In this document: positions 1 to 11,388 of the stretch, one piece after another
Layout: the number at the start of each line of letters is the position of its first letter
Numbering within the stretch: the first letter of the stretch is position 1
DNA from: Squalus acanthias
Lineage: Eukaryota
Assembly (NCBI GenBank): GCA_030390025.1
Contig: CM059432.1
Coordinates: 94,242,001-94,306,000, forward strand
DNA length: 64,000 nt
Reading direction: 5' to 3'
Position numbers and translations under genes: made by a program
Notes under the pieces: model-generated
Told to the model about the DNA's origin: nothing
Seen by the model: only the letters and a program-made list of their open reading frames with translations
Databases searched by the model: none

Positions 1-1278
1 GGAGGAAGTGTAGTCCAAGTAGCTTCACATGGTCCATCTCCGACTCTTCCCTTCCCTTCCTTAACTTCTCCGTCTCCATTTCTGGCGATCGGCTTTCGAC
101 AAACATCCACTACAAGCCCACTGACTCCCACAGCTACATGGACTACACTTCCTCCCACCCCGCCTCCTGTAAGGACTCTATTCCATTCTCCCAGTTTCTC
201 CATCTCCGCCGCGTCTGTTCTGACGATGCCACCTTCCATACCAGTGCTTCCGACATGTCTTCCTTTTTCCTCAACCGAGGATTCCCCTCTACTGTGGTTG
301 ACACGGCCCTTGACCATGTCCGTTCCATTTCCCGCACTTCTGCTCTCACCCCTTCCCCTCCCTCCCAGAACTACGATAGGGTTCCTTGTCCTCACCTTTC
401 ATCCCACCAGCCTCCACATTCAACGGATAATCCTCCGCCATTTCCGCCACCTCCAACGTGATCCCACCACCAAACACATCTTCCCCTCACCTCCCCTTTC
501 AGCATTCCGAAGGGACCGCTCCCTCCGCGACACCCTGGTCCACTCCTCAATCACCCCTAATAGCCCTTCTCCTTCGCCTGGCACCTTTCCGTGCAAGCGC
601 AGGAGATGTAACACATGCCCTTTTACCTCCTCCCTTCCCACTGTCAAGGGCCCCAAACACCCCTTCCAGGTGAAACAACGATTTACTTGTACTTCTTGCA
701 ATTTAATATACTGTATTCGCTGCTCACGATGCGGTCTCCTCTACATTGGGGAGACCAAATGCAGATTGGGTGACCGCTTTGTGGAACACCTCCGTTCAGT
801 CCGTAAGGGTGACCCTGAGCTTCCGGTCGCCTGTCACTTTAATTCTCCGCTTCACTCCCACTCTGATCTCTCTGTCCTCGGCCTATTACACTGTTCCAAT
901 GAAGCTCAACGTAAGCGCGAGGAACAGCACCTCATCTTTCGATTAGGCACTTTACAGCCTTCCGGACTCAACATCGAGTTCAACAATTTCAGACAATAAT
1001 CCCTGCCCCCATTTTTCATGCTGTATGATTTTGCCATTCCCATTTGCAACATTTTATCTTTCCTGCCTCTTACATAAGCACAGTATGTTCTTTCAATTCC
1101 TTCCTCCCCTCCTAAACCCCCCCCCCCCTGTCTCTGCACCTGCTTAATATCTGTTACATCTCCAGCTTTTTCCAGTTCTGATGAAGGGTCCCAGACCTGA
1201 AACGTTAACTCTGTTTCTCTCTCCACGGATGCTGCCTGGCCTGCTGAGTATTTCCAGCATTTTCTGTTGTTATTTCAA
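1..1278 (+). mobile_element. Penelope-like retroelement, 3' part (RT C-terminus, GIY-YIG endonuclease, terminal region with hammerhead motif)
   Basis: ORF 226-999 has C-x2-C linker motifs and GIY-YIG signature (NLIYCIRCSRCGLLYIGETKCRLGDRFVEH...PVACHFN); ORF 138-461 continues RT/thumb-like sequence across a frameshift; CTGATGA...GAAA core at 1178-1202. Confidence 0.9.
1174..1210 (+). ncRNA. Minimal hammerhead ribozyme motif in the Penelope-like terminal region
   Basis: AGTT-CTGATGA-AGGGTC cca GACCT-GAAA-CGTT-AACT: core boxes, stem II, stem I AGTT/AACT, palindromic AACGTT in place of stem III. Confidence 0.75.
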
Positions 1279-4254
1279 CTTTATGACATTGGTTGGAGAG
1301 TGTTCTCTTCCTATTGAGAGTATACAATAATCTTTTGACTCTGTCATAAACCACAGAACTGTCCACTAACTGCTAAATTCTAGTGCAAGTGGCAGAATCT
1401 CCCAGTGAGACTACTCTTGTTGACACGATGACAATTCCCTTCCAAATCAATATTATATGATAAACATGTAACTTTTCATTCTTTAGACATTGATATGTAA
1501 GTAAATATATTTGATATAGAGGACCCTACATATTAAAGCTTTTGATATGATTGTTTTACTTTATGTGTAAACCTAACTACAAGACTTATAACTGAGAAAT
1601 GTGGTATTTGTTATAATTTTTATAAATCAAAATTTTTATTAAGTTATCAGCATATGGGAGGAGTGAATGCTGTGGTTCACAATTAACCAGCAGAAAGATA
1701 GGACCACATGCAAAAGTTTTATTTTATATTAATAAAGGTCTAATTCATTTTGTTTTAAATCATACAACTGTGCATGGATGGGAACATACAATGACAGAAT
1801 TTCTCTCCACATATCTGGTGTAAATGTAAATTTAGGCAGGAGAGAATTACACATTTGTATATTGGTCCAAGTTTATCATGGGCCAATATATGCAGAAGGC
1901 CCATACAGCTGCAACTCATCACCAACCTATTATTTTGCATTAAGTGTACAATGTACTTTTACCTTTTATTTCCATCAATGGTTGACTGAATAGGTGAGGA
2001 GTTTTTAGTAATTAAAACACTGAATGTGTGATGTCACAGACACAAGGTGATAATGGATGTCTGACAGAGGATTAACACAAAAAAATCTGATTTAGAGATA
2101 TAATTTTTAATATACTAAATAATAATACAACAAAATAATACAAAAATAAAGTTTGATTGACTATATATGTAACTTGAGACTAAATCTTATATTGGATATT
2201 GTATGTGAACATGAATAGCATACACAATATTTCCACATTTGCAAGACATTTTAATAATAGTTTCCTTAAGTTTTAATTACTATCTTAATTAAAAATGCAA
2301 AAGGTTTATGCTATCTGCAGACCACTAATTATATTTTTTATTGTTGAAACAGCAAGATCTGCCTTTCCCCACTCATCTTATTAATGACACCTGATACCTG
2401 ATATTGATGACCTGAGCCTCTCCGGTCTGTGGATTACTGTCTTTAATAATTTCAAATAAACACTTAAAAAATAAAGGCTTAAAAACTTAACCTCAGAGCA
2501 TGTAATAGAAAATATAAGTCTGATGTTGGCTTTTGTGGTATTTCTAAAATTATTTTAATAAAGAGTAAAATTGTAATCTACGTAAAATAGATTTAGAGGG
2601 AGCAGCAGTTGTTGTGATGATGATGAGGACAGATGGAAAACGAGAGAGAGTAAACTGGGTCCACACACAGGCAACAAATGCAGTGGTGTTAGTTTTGCTT
2701 GTTATTTCTATTTTGCCACTTTTAAATTCTCTTCCACTATTTTTCTTGCCTCCAGGCCTTCGCTGCTATATCAATTAACCAGCAGAAAGATAGATCCACA
2801 GACAAAAGTTTTTTTAAGCCTGATAGAATACCACTAATTGTGCTGTCAAACATGCTTTCTATCACCAAGATGCAGTAATGTTGCTCCAGTTGACTTTCCT
2901 TACTTTACATCCACCTTACAGTCTTTCTACCTGTCTCTATGATGTGTACAGCCTGTGTGTCGTCAACACACACAGCAGGCAATGTGCAAGTGAGTTGATG
3001 AGCTTTACCTTTTGTTTCCCAAAGCTGTGAACTCTTGAGATGGGTGGTAGAATTTCAAGTACACCGTGTAAGCAGAATTAATTATCATTCTTTCTGGGTA
3101 AGACTCAATATTACGCTACCATTTGTTTCCAAGTAAATATAAAGTGATACATTTTTATATGCATAACTAAAAATATACACACATGTATATATTAGATTTA
3201 TGGACCCTCAGATAGGCACATACACAGATTATATACTTAGAATGGGTAAATGTTTCACACTGAATATATCTGGCAATAGATTACACATTGAGGAACAAGA
3301 TAGTTTTATTTTCAAGAAATTGGGGACATTGAGTTTGGATAATTGTTGAAAACGGAACTAATGCTAATACCAAATCACTGTTGATATTTATAATGTATAT
3401 GCATCAGTATCTTTATTGGGGATAGACGAACTGTACTGACAACACAATTCTTTGTCAATGAAGTGAGAGCCTATGGCTTTGCAATGAAAGAATTAGTGAG
3501 TAGTTTTTAGCCTTTTATATCAGCTGCAAAACAAAAGACATTTGAATGTGAAGAATGCTGTATTTCAAGTGCATACTGTGTAAAAATGCACACTATAAAC
3601 AGAAAATAATTACTGTTTTGCATTTACTTTAAAATAAAACATTGCTAATAAATTGGGTCAGTAGAAATTGTTAAACCACTGATAACAAATCGATTTAGTC
3701 TTAAAAAGATATCCCAATGAATTTAGAGAGTTTATCAACATAGAAGTCAAGCAGATCCAACTCCTGTTTATGTCTGGTCAAGCACTTTTACATAGATTAT
3801 ATTTATTATAAAAACAAATATATATAGGAGACAGATTGATAAATGGTAGGATTTATTTTACCAACAAATATTTTCTTAGTTAAGCTTTAGATTTAGATTC
3901 CAGGTTTGTTTAATGTTTTTCTGTCAGATGTGCTGCTGAACGACGACACTGGGGACATCAGCTACAGATACATGTGGCACATTATGTTACGTTTCCCGTT
4001 TGTTGACTTGTTTAAGTCTTTTGTTTGAAAGCGTACGAAAACAAAAAAATTAATATGGATTTATGGTAATTAAAATAAATTTGTTGCGATGTTACTATTG
4101 TAAAGATTTTTAGGCAATTTCCTGAAAATGAAAACCTCTAATTATCCACTTTACATTTTTAAACAAATGTTTATTTACAAATTTTAAACCGTAAACGATG
4201 ATAAAAACAGAGCACCAAATTCGATTATCGCTTTTTATGCATATACACGATGAA

Positions 4255-4700
4255 AACAGATTTACCGCTCGTCTCTCCCCCCCCACCCACCAAAAAAAAA
4301 GATTCACAAATTATCACATCCAGAAAAGAATTGATTGAACTTCGGAACACAGAATAAAAAACATTACCACAGGCTGCTGTCAGTAAACGCGCTCTTCAAA
4401 ATGGAGGGTCGGCCATGGCGGCAAGGACTCGCACTTACCCGGGAAGAGGCGAGCGACCCGGGGCTCTCCGAGGCCAGCGGCGGGGGCAGGGGGGCTCGGC
4501 GATATCGACAGGCCTGTCAGAGCCGCACATGGCGATGCTCGACCCCAGCGGCCATTCTCGCCGTCTTCACTCGCCCGGTGGAGCTGAGGCGGATCTGGAC
4601 CAAATCCATCTTGTGTGCTCAGCAGAGAACTAGTCGAAAAGTAGATGTGATCATCTCCGTAGTTTTATTTATTTTTTTTGCTCGCCGTCCTTGACCAAAA
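4255..4700 (-). promoter_or_regulatory. CpG island / probable first (non-coding) exon of a minus-strand gene, donor GG|GTAAGT at 4433-4438
   Basis: CpG-rich island in AT-rich unique DNA; consensus donor on minus strand; several YY1-like CCATNTT/ATGGCG motifs. Confidence 0.55.
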
Positions 4701-5960
4701 GGTGTCCCTTGTGGTTGGTCTTTATTTGGGGGTTGTCCCCCCTCACTGGCGGCTGGCAGCCTGATGTGGCTGATGCTACCCTGGCTCTGCGGTTGCTACG
4801 ATACCAGCCTGAGTCACTCTCAATTGCTGCAGGATGTGAATAATTGCCTTTTAAACTCTCCTCTTCACTAACAAAACCTCTCTCCCTCTCTCTCGCTCTA
4901 TCTGCACATTCAAACCTCGTTCTCCACCGCCTGAAAAGCAGAGATTTTTTTTGTACAGGATTAACCAGCTAGGTAGGGAAATCGCTCACACCATTTCTGA
5001 TTCCGCAGTTTCAAAAAGAAGCGCTACACCAGGCAGATCTGAGGGTCCCACAAAAAAATACGCTATCGTATATAGTGATGGAAAATTGTCCTATAGCTGA
5101 ACAGGAACTTCATGAAGCGAAATATACTCCTGAGTTTGTACTGGTACAGTAAATGGCAATATCTTTGGGAAATGGAAAACAACATGTTAGAAAACCCCAT
5201 TTCCCACCCCACCCCTTCACTGAATCAAAATCATGCTTACCCTAAATCTTTCATAGCATGTGTTCTTATACCCACCCATGGATCTTACAAAGATAAAATA
5301 CACAGGCTGCCACAGGCTTTTTGTGTGTTTACTCATCATGCTATTTCCAGGAATATGCTCATTATCTTCTCATTGCATTAAAAACCATAATCAGCAAACT
5401 GAATGACACCCAAATGCATTAACTCCTTCTCTGACCGGTTTATTCCATCGATGTCATCAGCGCCTAATCTGCACTTTTACTTTCACCATCGTCTGAGCTT
5501 CCCGGTGGAAATCGTTACCTTATCCAAGAAAAATCCCTGTTGTCAAATCATTGTGAATAATTTTGGTTCAAATGTCTTTCTGTAACATTTGCTAAAAAAG
5601 CTTCAGACATCTAAGCATAATAGAAAGATCATTTAGAAACTGGGTTTTTGAGCATCTCATAACTTAGAAGGGAGCTCATCAAAGCTTTTAGCCTATAATT
5701 AATTCACTTTGCCTTGATAATTATTTGAAACGTTCCTAATTTATTATTCTCTAATTCCAGAGTTTATTTTATTACTGAAGCTTATCTGTCAATTCATTAA
5801 TTATTCTTGTTTTTATTTCATACCGCATCTCAAAAACTCATTATTCCAGAATTTACATCACAAGGCCTGCCAATAATATGCAGTGGAAAATACAGTTGGT
5901 TTAGGTTACCCATCCCTTCAACAGCAAGTGAAAACATGCAAACACAAAAATAAGAGTCAG

Positions 5961-8850
5961 ATAGAATCATAGAATCATAGAAAGTTACAGCACGGAAGGA
6001 GGCCATTTCGGCCCATCGTGTCCGTGCCTGCCTAATCCCATTTCCCAGCTCTTGGTCCGTAGCCCTGCAGGTTAGAGCATCCCAAGTGCACATCCAAGTA
6101 CTTTTTAAATGTGGTTAGGGTTCCTGCATCTACCACCCTTTCAGGCAGTGAGTTCCAGACCCCCACAACCCTCTGGGTGAAGAAATTTCCCTCAAATCCC
6201 CTCTAAACCTTCCACCAATTACTTTAAATGTGTGCCCCCTGGTTTTTGACCCCTTTGCTGAGGGAAATAGGTCCTTTCCATCCACTTTATCTATGCCCCT
6301 CATAATTTTATACACCTCAATAAGGTCTCCCCTCAGCCTCCTCTGTTCCAAGGAAAACAGACCCAGCCTATCCAATCTTTCCTCATAGCTAAACATAGAA
6401 GATAGGAGCAGGAGTAGGCCATTCGGCCCCTCGAGCCTGCTCCGCCATTTAATGAGATCATGGCTGATCATCCAAATTCAGTACCCTGTCCCTGCTTTCT
6501 CCCCATATCCCTTGATCCCTTTAGCCTTAAGAAATATATCTAACTCCTTCTTGAATATATTTAATGAATTGGCCTCAACTGCCTTCTGTGGTAGAGAATT
6601 CCACAGGTTCACCACTCTCTGGGTGAAGAAATTCCTCCTCATCTCAGTCCTAAATGGCTTACCCCTTATCCTTAGATTGTGACCCCTGGTTCTGGACTCC
6701 CCGGCCATCGGGAACATCCTTCCTGCATCTAGTCTATCTCGGCCTGTTAGAATTTTGTAAGTTTCAATGAGATCCCCTCTCATTCTTCTAAACTCCAGCG
6801 AGTATAAGCCCAATCGACCCAATCTCTCCTCATACGTCATTCCTGCCATCCCAGGTATCAGCCTGGTGAATCTTCGCTGCACTCCCTCCATGGCAAGAAC
6901 ATCCTTCCTCAGATAAGGTGACCAAAACTGCATACAATACTCAAGGTGTGGTCTCACCAAGGTCCTGTACGACTGCAGCAAGACATCCTTGCTCCTGTAC
7001 TTGAATCCTCTCGCTATGAAGGCCAACATACCATTTGCCTTCTTAACCGCCTGCTGCACCTGCATGCTTACCTTCAATGACTGGTGCACAAGGACTCCCA
7101 GGTCTCGTTGCACTTCCCCTTCTCCCAATCTATTGCCGTTCAGATAATAATCTGCCTTCCTGTTTTTGACACCAAAGTGGATAACCTCGCATTTATCCAC
7201 ATTATACTGCATCTGCCATGCATCTGCCCACTCACCCAACTTGTCCAAATCATACTGGAGTTTCTCTGCATCCTCCTCACAACACACACGCCCACCCAGC
7301 TTTGTGTCGTCTGCAAACTTGGAGATATTACATCTAGTTCCCTCGTCTAGATCATTAATATATATTGTGAATAACTGGGGTTCTAGCACCGATCCCTGCG
7401 GTACCCCACTAGTCACTGCCCGCCACTCGGAAAAAGACCCGTTTATTCCAACTCTTTGCTTCCTGTCTGCCAACCAGTTCTCTATCCAAGTCAGTACCTT
7501 ACCCACAATCCCATGTGCTTTAACTTTGCACTCTAATCTCTTATGCGGGACCTTATCGAAAGCCTTCTGAAAGTCCAAATACACCACATCCACTGGTTCT
7601 CCCTTATCTATTCTACCAGTTACATCCTCAAAAAATTCCAGTAGATTAGTCAAGCATGATTTACCTTTTGTAAATCCATGTTGACTTTGTCCGATCCTGT
7701 CACTGTTTTCCAAGAATCTCTACTCCCGACAACATCCTTGTAAATCTCCTCTGTACCCTCTCTAGTGCAATCACATCTTTCCTGTAATGTGGTGACCAGA
7801 ACTGCACGCAGTACTCTAGCTGAGGCCTAACTAGTGTTTTATACAGTTGAAGCATAACTCCCCTGCTCTTGTATTCTATGCCACGGCTAATAAAGGCAAG
7901 CATTCCATATGCCTTCTTAACCACCTTATCTACCTGGCCTGCTACTTTCAGGGATCTGTGGACATGCACTCCAAGGTCCCCTTGTTCCTCTGCACTACTC
8001 AGTGTCCTACCAGTGTCCCTTTCCTTGTTAGCCCTCCCCAAATGCATTACCTCACACTTCTCTGGATTGAATTCCATTTGCCACTGTTCTGCCCACCTGA
8101 CCAATTTATTGATATCTTCCTGCAGTCTACAGCTTCCTTCTTCAGTATCAACCACACAGCCGATTTTAGTATCATCTGCAAACTTCTTAATCATACCTGC
8201 TATATTCAAGTCTAGATCATTGATATATACCACAAAAAGCAAAGGACCTAGTACTGAGCCCTGCAGAACCCCACTGGAAACAGCCTTCCGGTCACAAAAA
8301 CACCCATCAACCATTACCCTCTGCTTCCTGTCTCCGAGCCAGTTTTGAATCCAACTTGACACTTTGCCTTGGATCCCCTGGGCTTTTAACTTCGTGACCA
8401 GTCTGCCATGTGGAACCTTATCAAAAGCCTTGCTAAAGTCCATATACACTACATCAAACGCACTACCCTCATCTACCCTCCTTGTTACCTCCTCAAAAAA
8501 TTCAATCAAGTTTGTCAGACACGACCTTCCCTTAACAAATCCGTGCTGACTATCCTTGATTAATCCCGTGTCTTTCTAAATGAAGATTTATCCTGTCCTT
8601 CAGAATTCTTTCCAATACTTTTCCCACCACCGAGGTTAGGCTGACTGGCCTGTAATTACTCGGTCTATCCTTTTCTCCCTTTTTAAACAAGGGTACCACA
8701 TTAGCAGTCCTCCAGTCCTCCGGCACCACACCTGAAGCCAGAGAGGATTGAAAAATGATGGTCAGGGCCTCTGCTATTTCCTCTTTTGCTTCGTTTAACA
8801 GCCTGGGATACATTTCATCCGGGCCTGGGGATTTATCCACTTTTAAAGCT
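5961..8850 (-). mobile_element. CR1 LINE, 5'-truncated, interrupted by a nested CR1
   Basis: RT ORFs 8550-8840 and 7700-8509 (QGSVLGP, FADD); 3' tail read as atagaatc repeats at 5961-5980. Confidence 0.9.
6392..7714 (-). mobile_element. Young CR1 LINE 3' fragment nested in the previous CR1
   Basis: Uninterrupted 411-aa RT ORF 6478-7713; nearly identical to copies at 26.4, 48.5 and 53.6 kb. Confidence 0.92.
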
Positions 8851-8874
8851 TTTTAAAGAAAAATGTATGTTTTG

Positions 8875-9165
8875 TTATTATTTGTATTTGGGATGTGGGC
8901 GATGTTGGCAAAGCTAGATTTCTTTCCCATCCTTAGTTGTCCTGACAAAATGGTCCTGGGCCTTTTTGAACTGCTGCAGTCCTTGTACTGATGGTACTCC
9001 CACAATGGTGTTAGGTCGGACATTTTACGATTTTGACCCAGCACCGATGAATGAACGATAGCATATGTCCAAGTCAGAATGGTGGGTGACTTGGAGGGGA
9101 ACTTGAAGCTGGCAGTGTTCGCATGATCTTGCTGCTCTTGCCTTTTGATGGTAGAGGTTGTGGGG
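8875..9165 (-). mobile_element. 3' end fragment of the CR1/L2-group LINE family seen at 18252-19880
   Basis: Reverse complement of the family 3' end (gggatgtgggc...gtgacttggaggggaacttg). Confidence 0.7.
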
Positions 9166-9332
9166 CTGTTTAATACCTCATCTGAAAGATGGCACCTTCA
9201 ACAGTGTAGCATTCCCTCAGGGCTGCACTGAAGTGTCAGACGAGATTATGTGTTCAGGTCCTAAAGTGTGGCTTTAATCCATGCCCTTCTTACTCAGAGG
9301 CAAGAGTTCTACCACTGAGCCAAGGCTGACAC
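9165..9332 (-). mobile_element. DeuSINE (SacSINE1-like) 5' fragment
   Basis: Reverse-complement similarity to the tRNA head and start of the SINE at 42893-43310. Confidence 0.6.
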
Positions 9333-9904
9333 CCTGTTGTAACTAGCAGGTGGAGAAGGAGAAGTCAGCGCCAGACCCATTGTACATTTACGTCAGACAG
9401 GTGAGAAGACGGTAAACCTCACTGCTCAATTTCGTCCCCTTTTCCACCGGTATCCTGCCTGATTTTGGACAGGATAGGAAAGGAAAATTCACCATGTAGG
9501 AATTTAAATAAGGAAATTCACAACATGTCACAATTTTTATTACATTTGGTCATTTGTCTCTATTAATTCCCTTTATGATCATTTCTACTCCACTTGAACT
9601 CGTTTAAAAAGATACAGCACCCTCAACATGGCAGAAAATGCCCAATTCAAACCATTTCTAACTTGTAAGTGTAATAAAATCACAGAGCTTTGTGTGTTGT
9701 GCCTGCTCTATAAGATCTGAGCTATCCGGAATCTGTGTCATATTCGTGCTGTTTTCATAATTTAGTGCTCACTAACCTTGTTGCTTTTGGTGTTCTTGTT
9801 GAGATAATTAATAGTTAAGCTCTTAAAAATCAAACAGGGCTCAGCTGCTGTAGACAAAGCCTGACCTAGAATAAGGTTTTGAGCTTCCTGTAGGTATTTA
9901 AGGG

Positions 9905-10222
9905 AATGGTAGCGTAGTGGTAATGTCACTGGGCTAGTAATTCAGTAGGCCTGAGCTAATGATCCAAGAGACTAGTTCAAATCCCACGACGGCATCTGGG
10001 GAATTTAAATTCAGTTAATTAAATAAATCTGGAATAAAAAGCTAGTATCAGTAATGGTAACTATCAGATTGTCATTAAAAACTCATCTGGTTCACTAATG
10101 TCCTTTAGGGAAGGAAATCTGCTGCCCTTACTTGGTCTGGCTTATCTGTGAGTCCAGACCCACAGCAATGTGGTTAACTCTTGACTGCCCTCTGATATGG
10201 CCCAGCAAGCCACTAAGTTGTA
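9905..10222 (+). mobile_element. tRNA-derived SINE
   Basis: Pol III A-box (TAGCGTAGTGG) and B-box (GTTCAAATC) at the 5' end followed by SINE body. Confidence 0.7.
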
Positions 10223-10229
10223 ACAAACA

Positions 10230-11388
10230 CACTAAGAACGAGACCGGACGGACCACCTGGCAGTGACCTTGGCATTGGCTACGGAAAGGGCAATGGCACA
10301 CCCAGCCCAGTTGACCCTGCAAAGCCCTCCTCACCAACATATGGGGACTTGTGCCAAAATTGGGAGAGCTGTCCCACAGACTAGTCAAGCAACAGAATTA
10401 TACCTTTACAGCCAAGGTCCCAAACATCACCATCCCTTGGGTATGTATTGTCCCACCGGCAGGACAGACCCACCAGTGGTATACAGTCAGGAAGGAGTGG
10501 CCCTGGGAGTCCTCAACATTGACTCTGGACTGCATGAAGCTTCAGGGCAAGGAAACCTCCTGCTGATTACCACTGACTGCCCTCCCTCAGCTGATGAATT
10601 ATTACTCCTACCATGTTAAGAAGCACTGTGAGTAGCAAATGTACTCTGGGTGGGGGGACTTCAATAACCATCACCAAGACTGGCTCAGTAGCACCACTGC
10701 TGGCTGTGTCCTGAAGGACATAACTGCCAGTCTGGGCCTGCGACAGGTGGTGAGAGAACCTACTTGACCTCATCCTCACCAATCTACCTGTCCATGACAG
10801 TACTGGTAGCAGTGACCACCGCACAGTCCCGTCTTCACATACACCCTCCATCGTGTTGTGTGGCACTATTACCGTGCTAAATGGGATAGATTCAGAACAC
10901 ATATAGCAGCTCAAAACTGGGCATCCATGAGGTGCTGTGGGGCAGCAGCAGAATTGTATTCCACCACAATCTGTAACCTCATGGCCTGGAATATCCCTCA
11001 CTCTGCCATTACCACCAACCCTGCTTCAGTAAGGAGTATACAGGAGCAGCACAAGGCGTACCTAAAAATGAGGTGCCAACCTGGGGAAGCTGCAACACAG
11101 GACTACATGCATGCTAAAAAGCAGAAGCAGCATGCTATAGACAGGGCTAAGCGATCCCACAATCAATGGATCAGATCAAAGCTCTGCAGTCCTGTCACAT
11201 CCAGTCGTGACTGGTGGTGGACCATTAAACAACTAACGAGAGGAGGAGGCTCCAAGAATATCCCCATCCTCAATGATGGTGGAGCCCAGCACGTGAGTGC
11301 AAAAGACAAGGCTGAAGCATTTGCAACTATCTTCAGCCAGAAGTGACAAGTGGATGATCCATATTGGCCTCCTCCTGAGGTCCCCATC
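10230..11388 (+). mobile_element. CR1/L2-group LINE ORF2, 5' half (APE endonuclease/linker), degenerate; continues at 18252
   Basis: WVGGDFN-like endonuclease remnant; ORF 10858-11346 (WHYYRAKWDRF...KDKAEAFATIFSQK); homologous to 35960-37340. Confidence 0.8.

Noticed and set aside
4335..4694. Plus-strand 119-aa ORF in the CpG island as a protein-coding gene
   Set aside because: Non-ATG start, GC-rich stop-poor sequence, no recognisable homology
7084..8348. Antisense ORFs over CR1 RT (recurring at 27215, 53665 and elsewhere)
   Set aside because: Shadow frames of the RT coding strand, repeated because the copies are homologous
9905..9990. tRNA gene (also 42893-42965)
   Set aside because: A/B boxes run into SINE bodies; no complete cloverleaf or terminator
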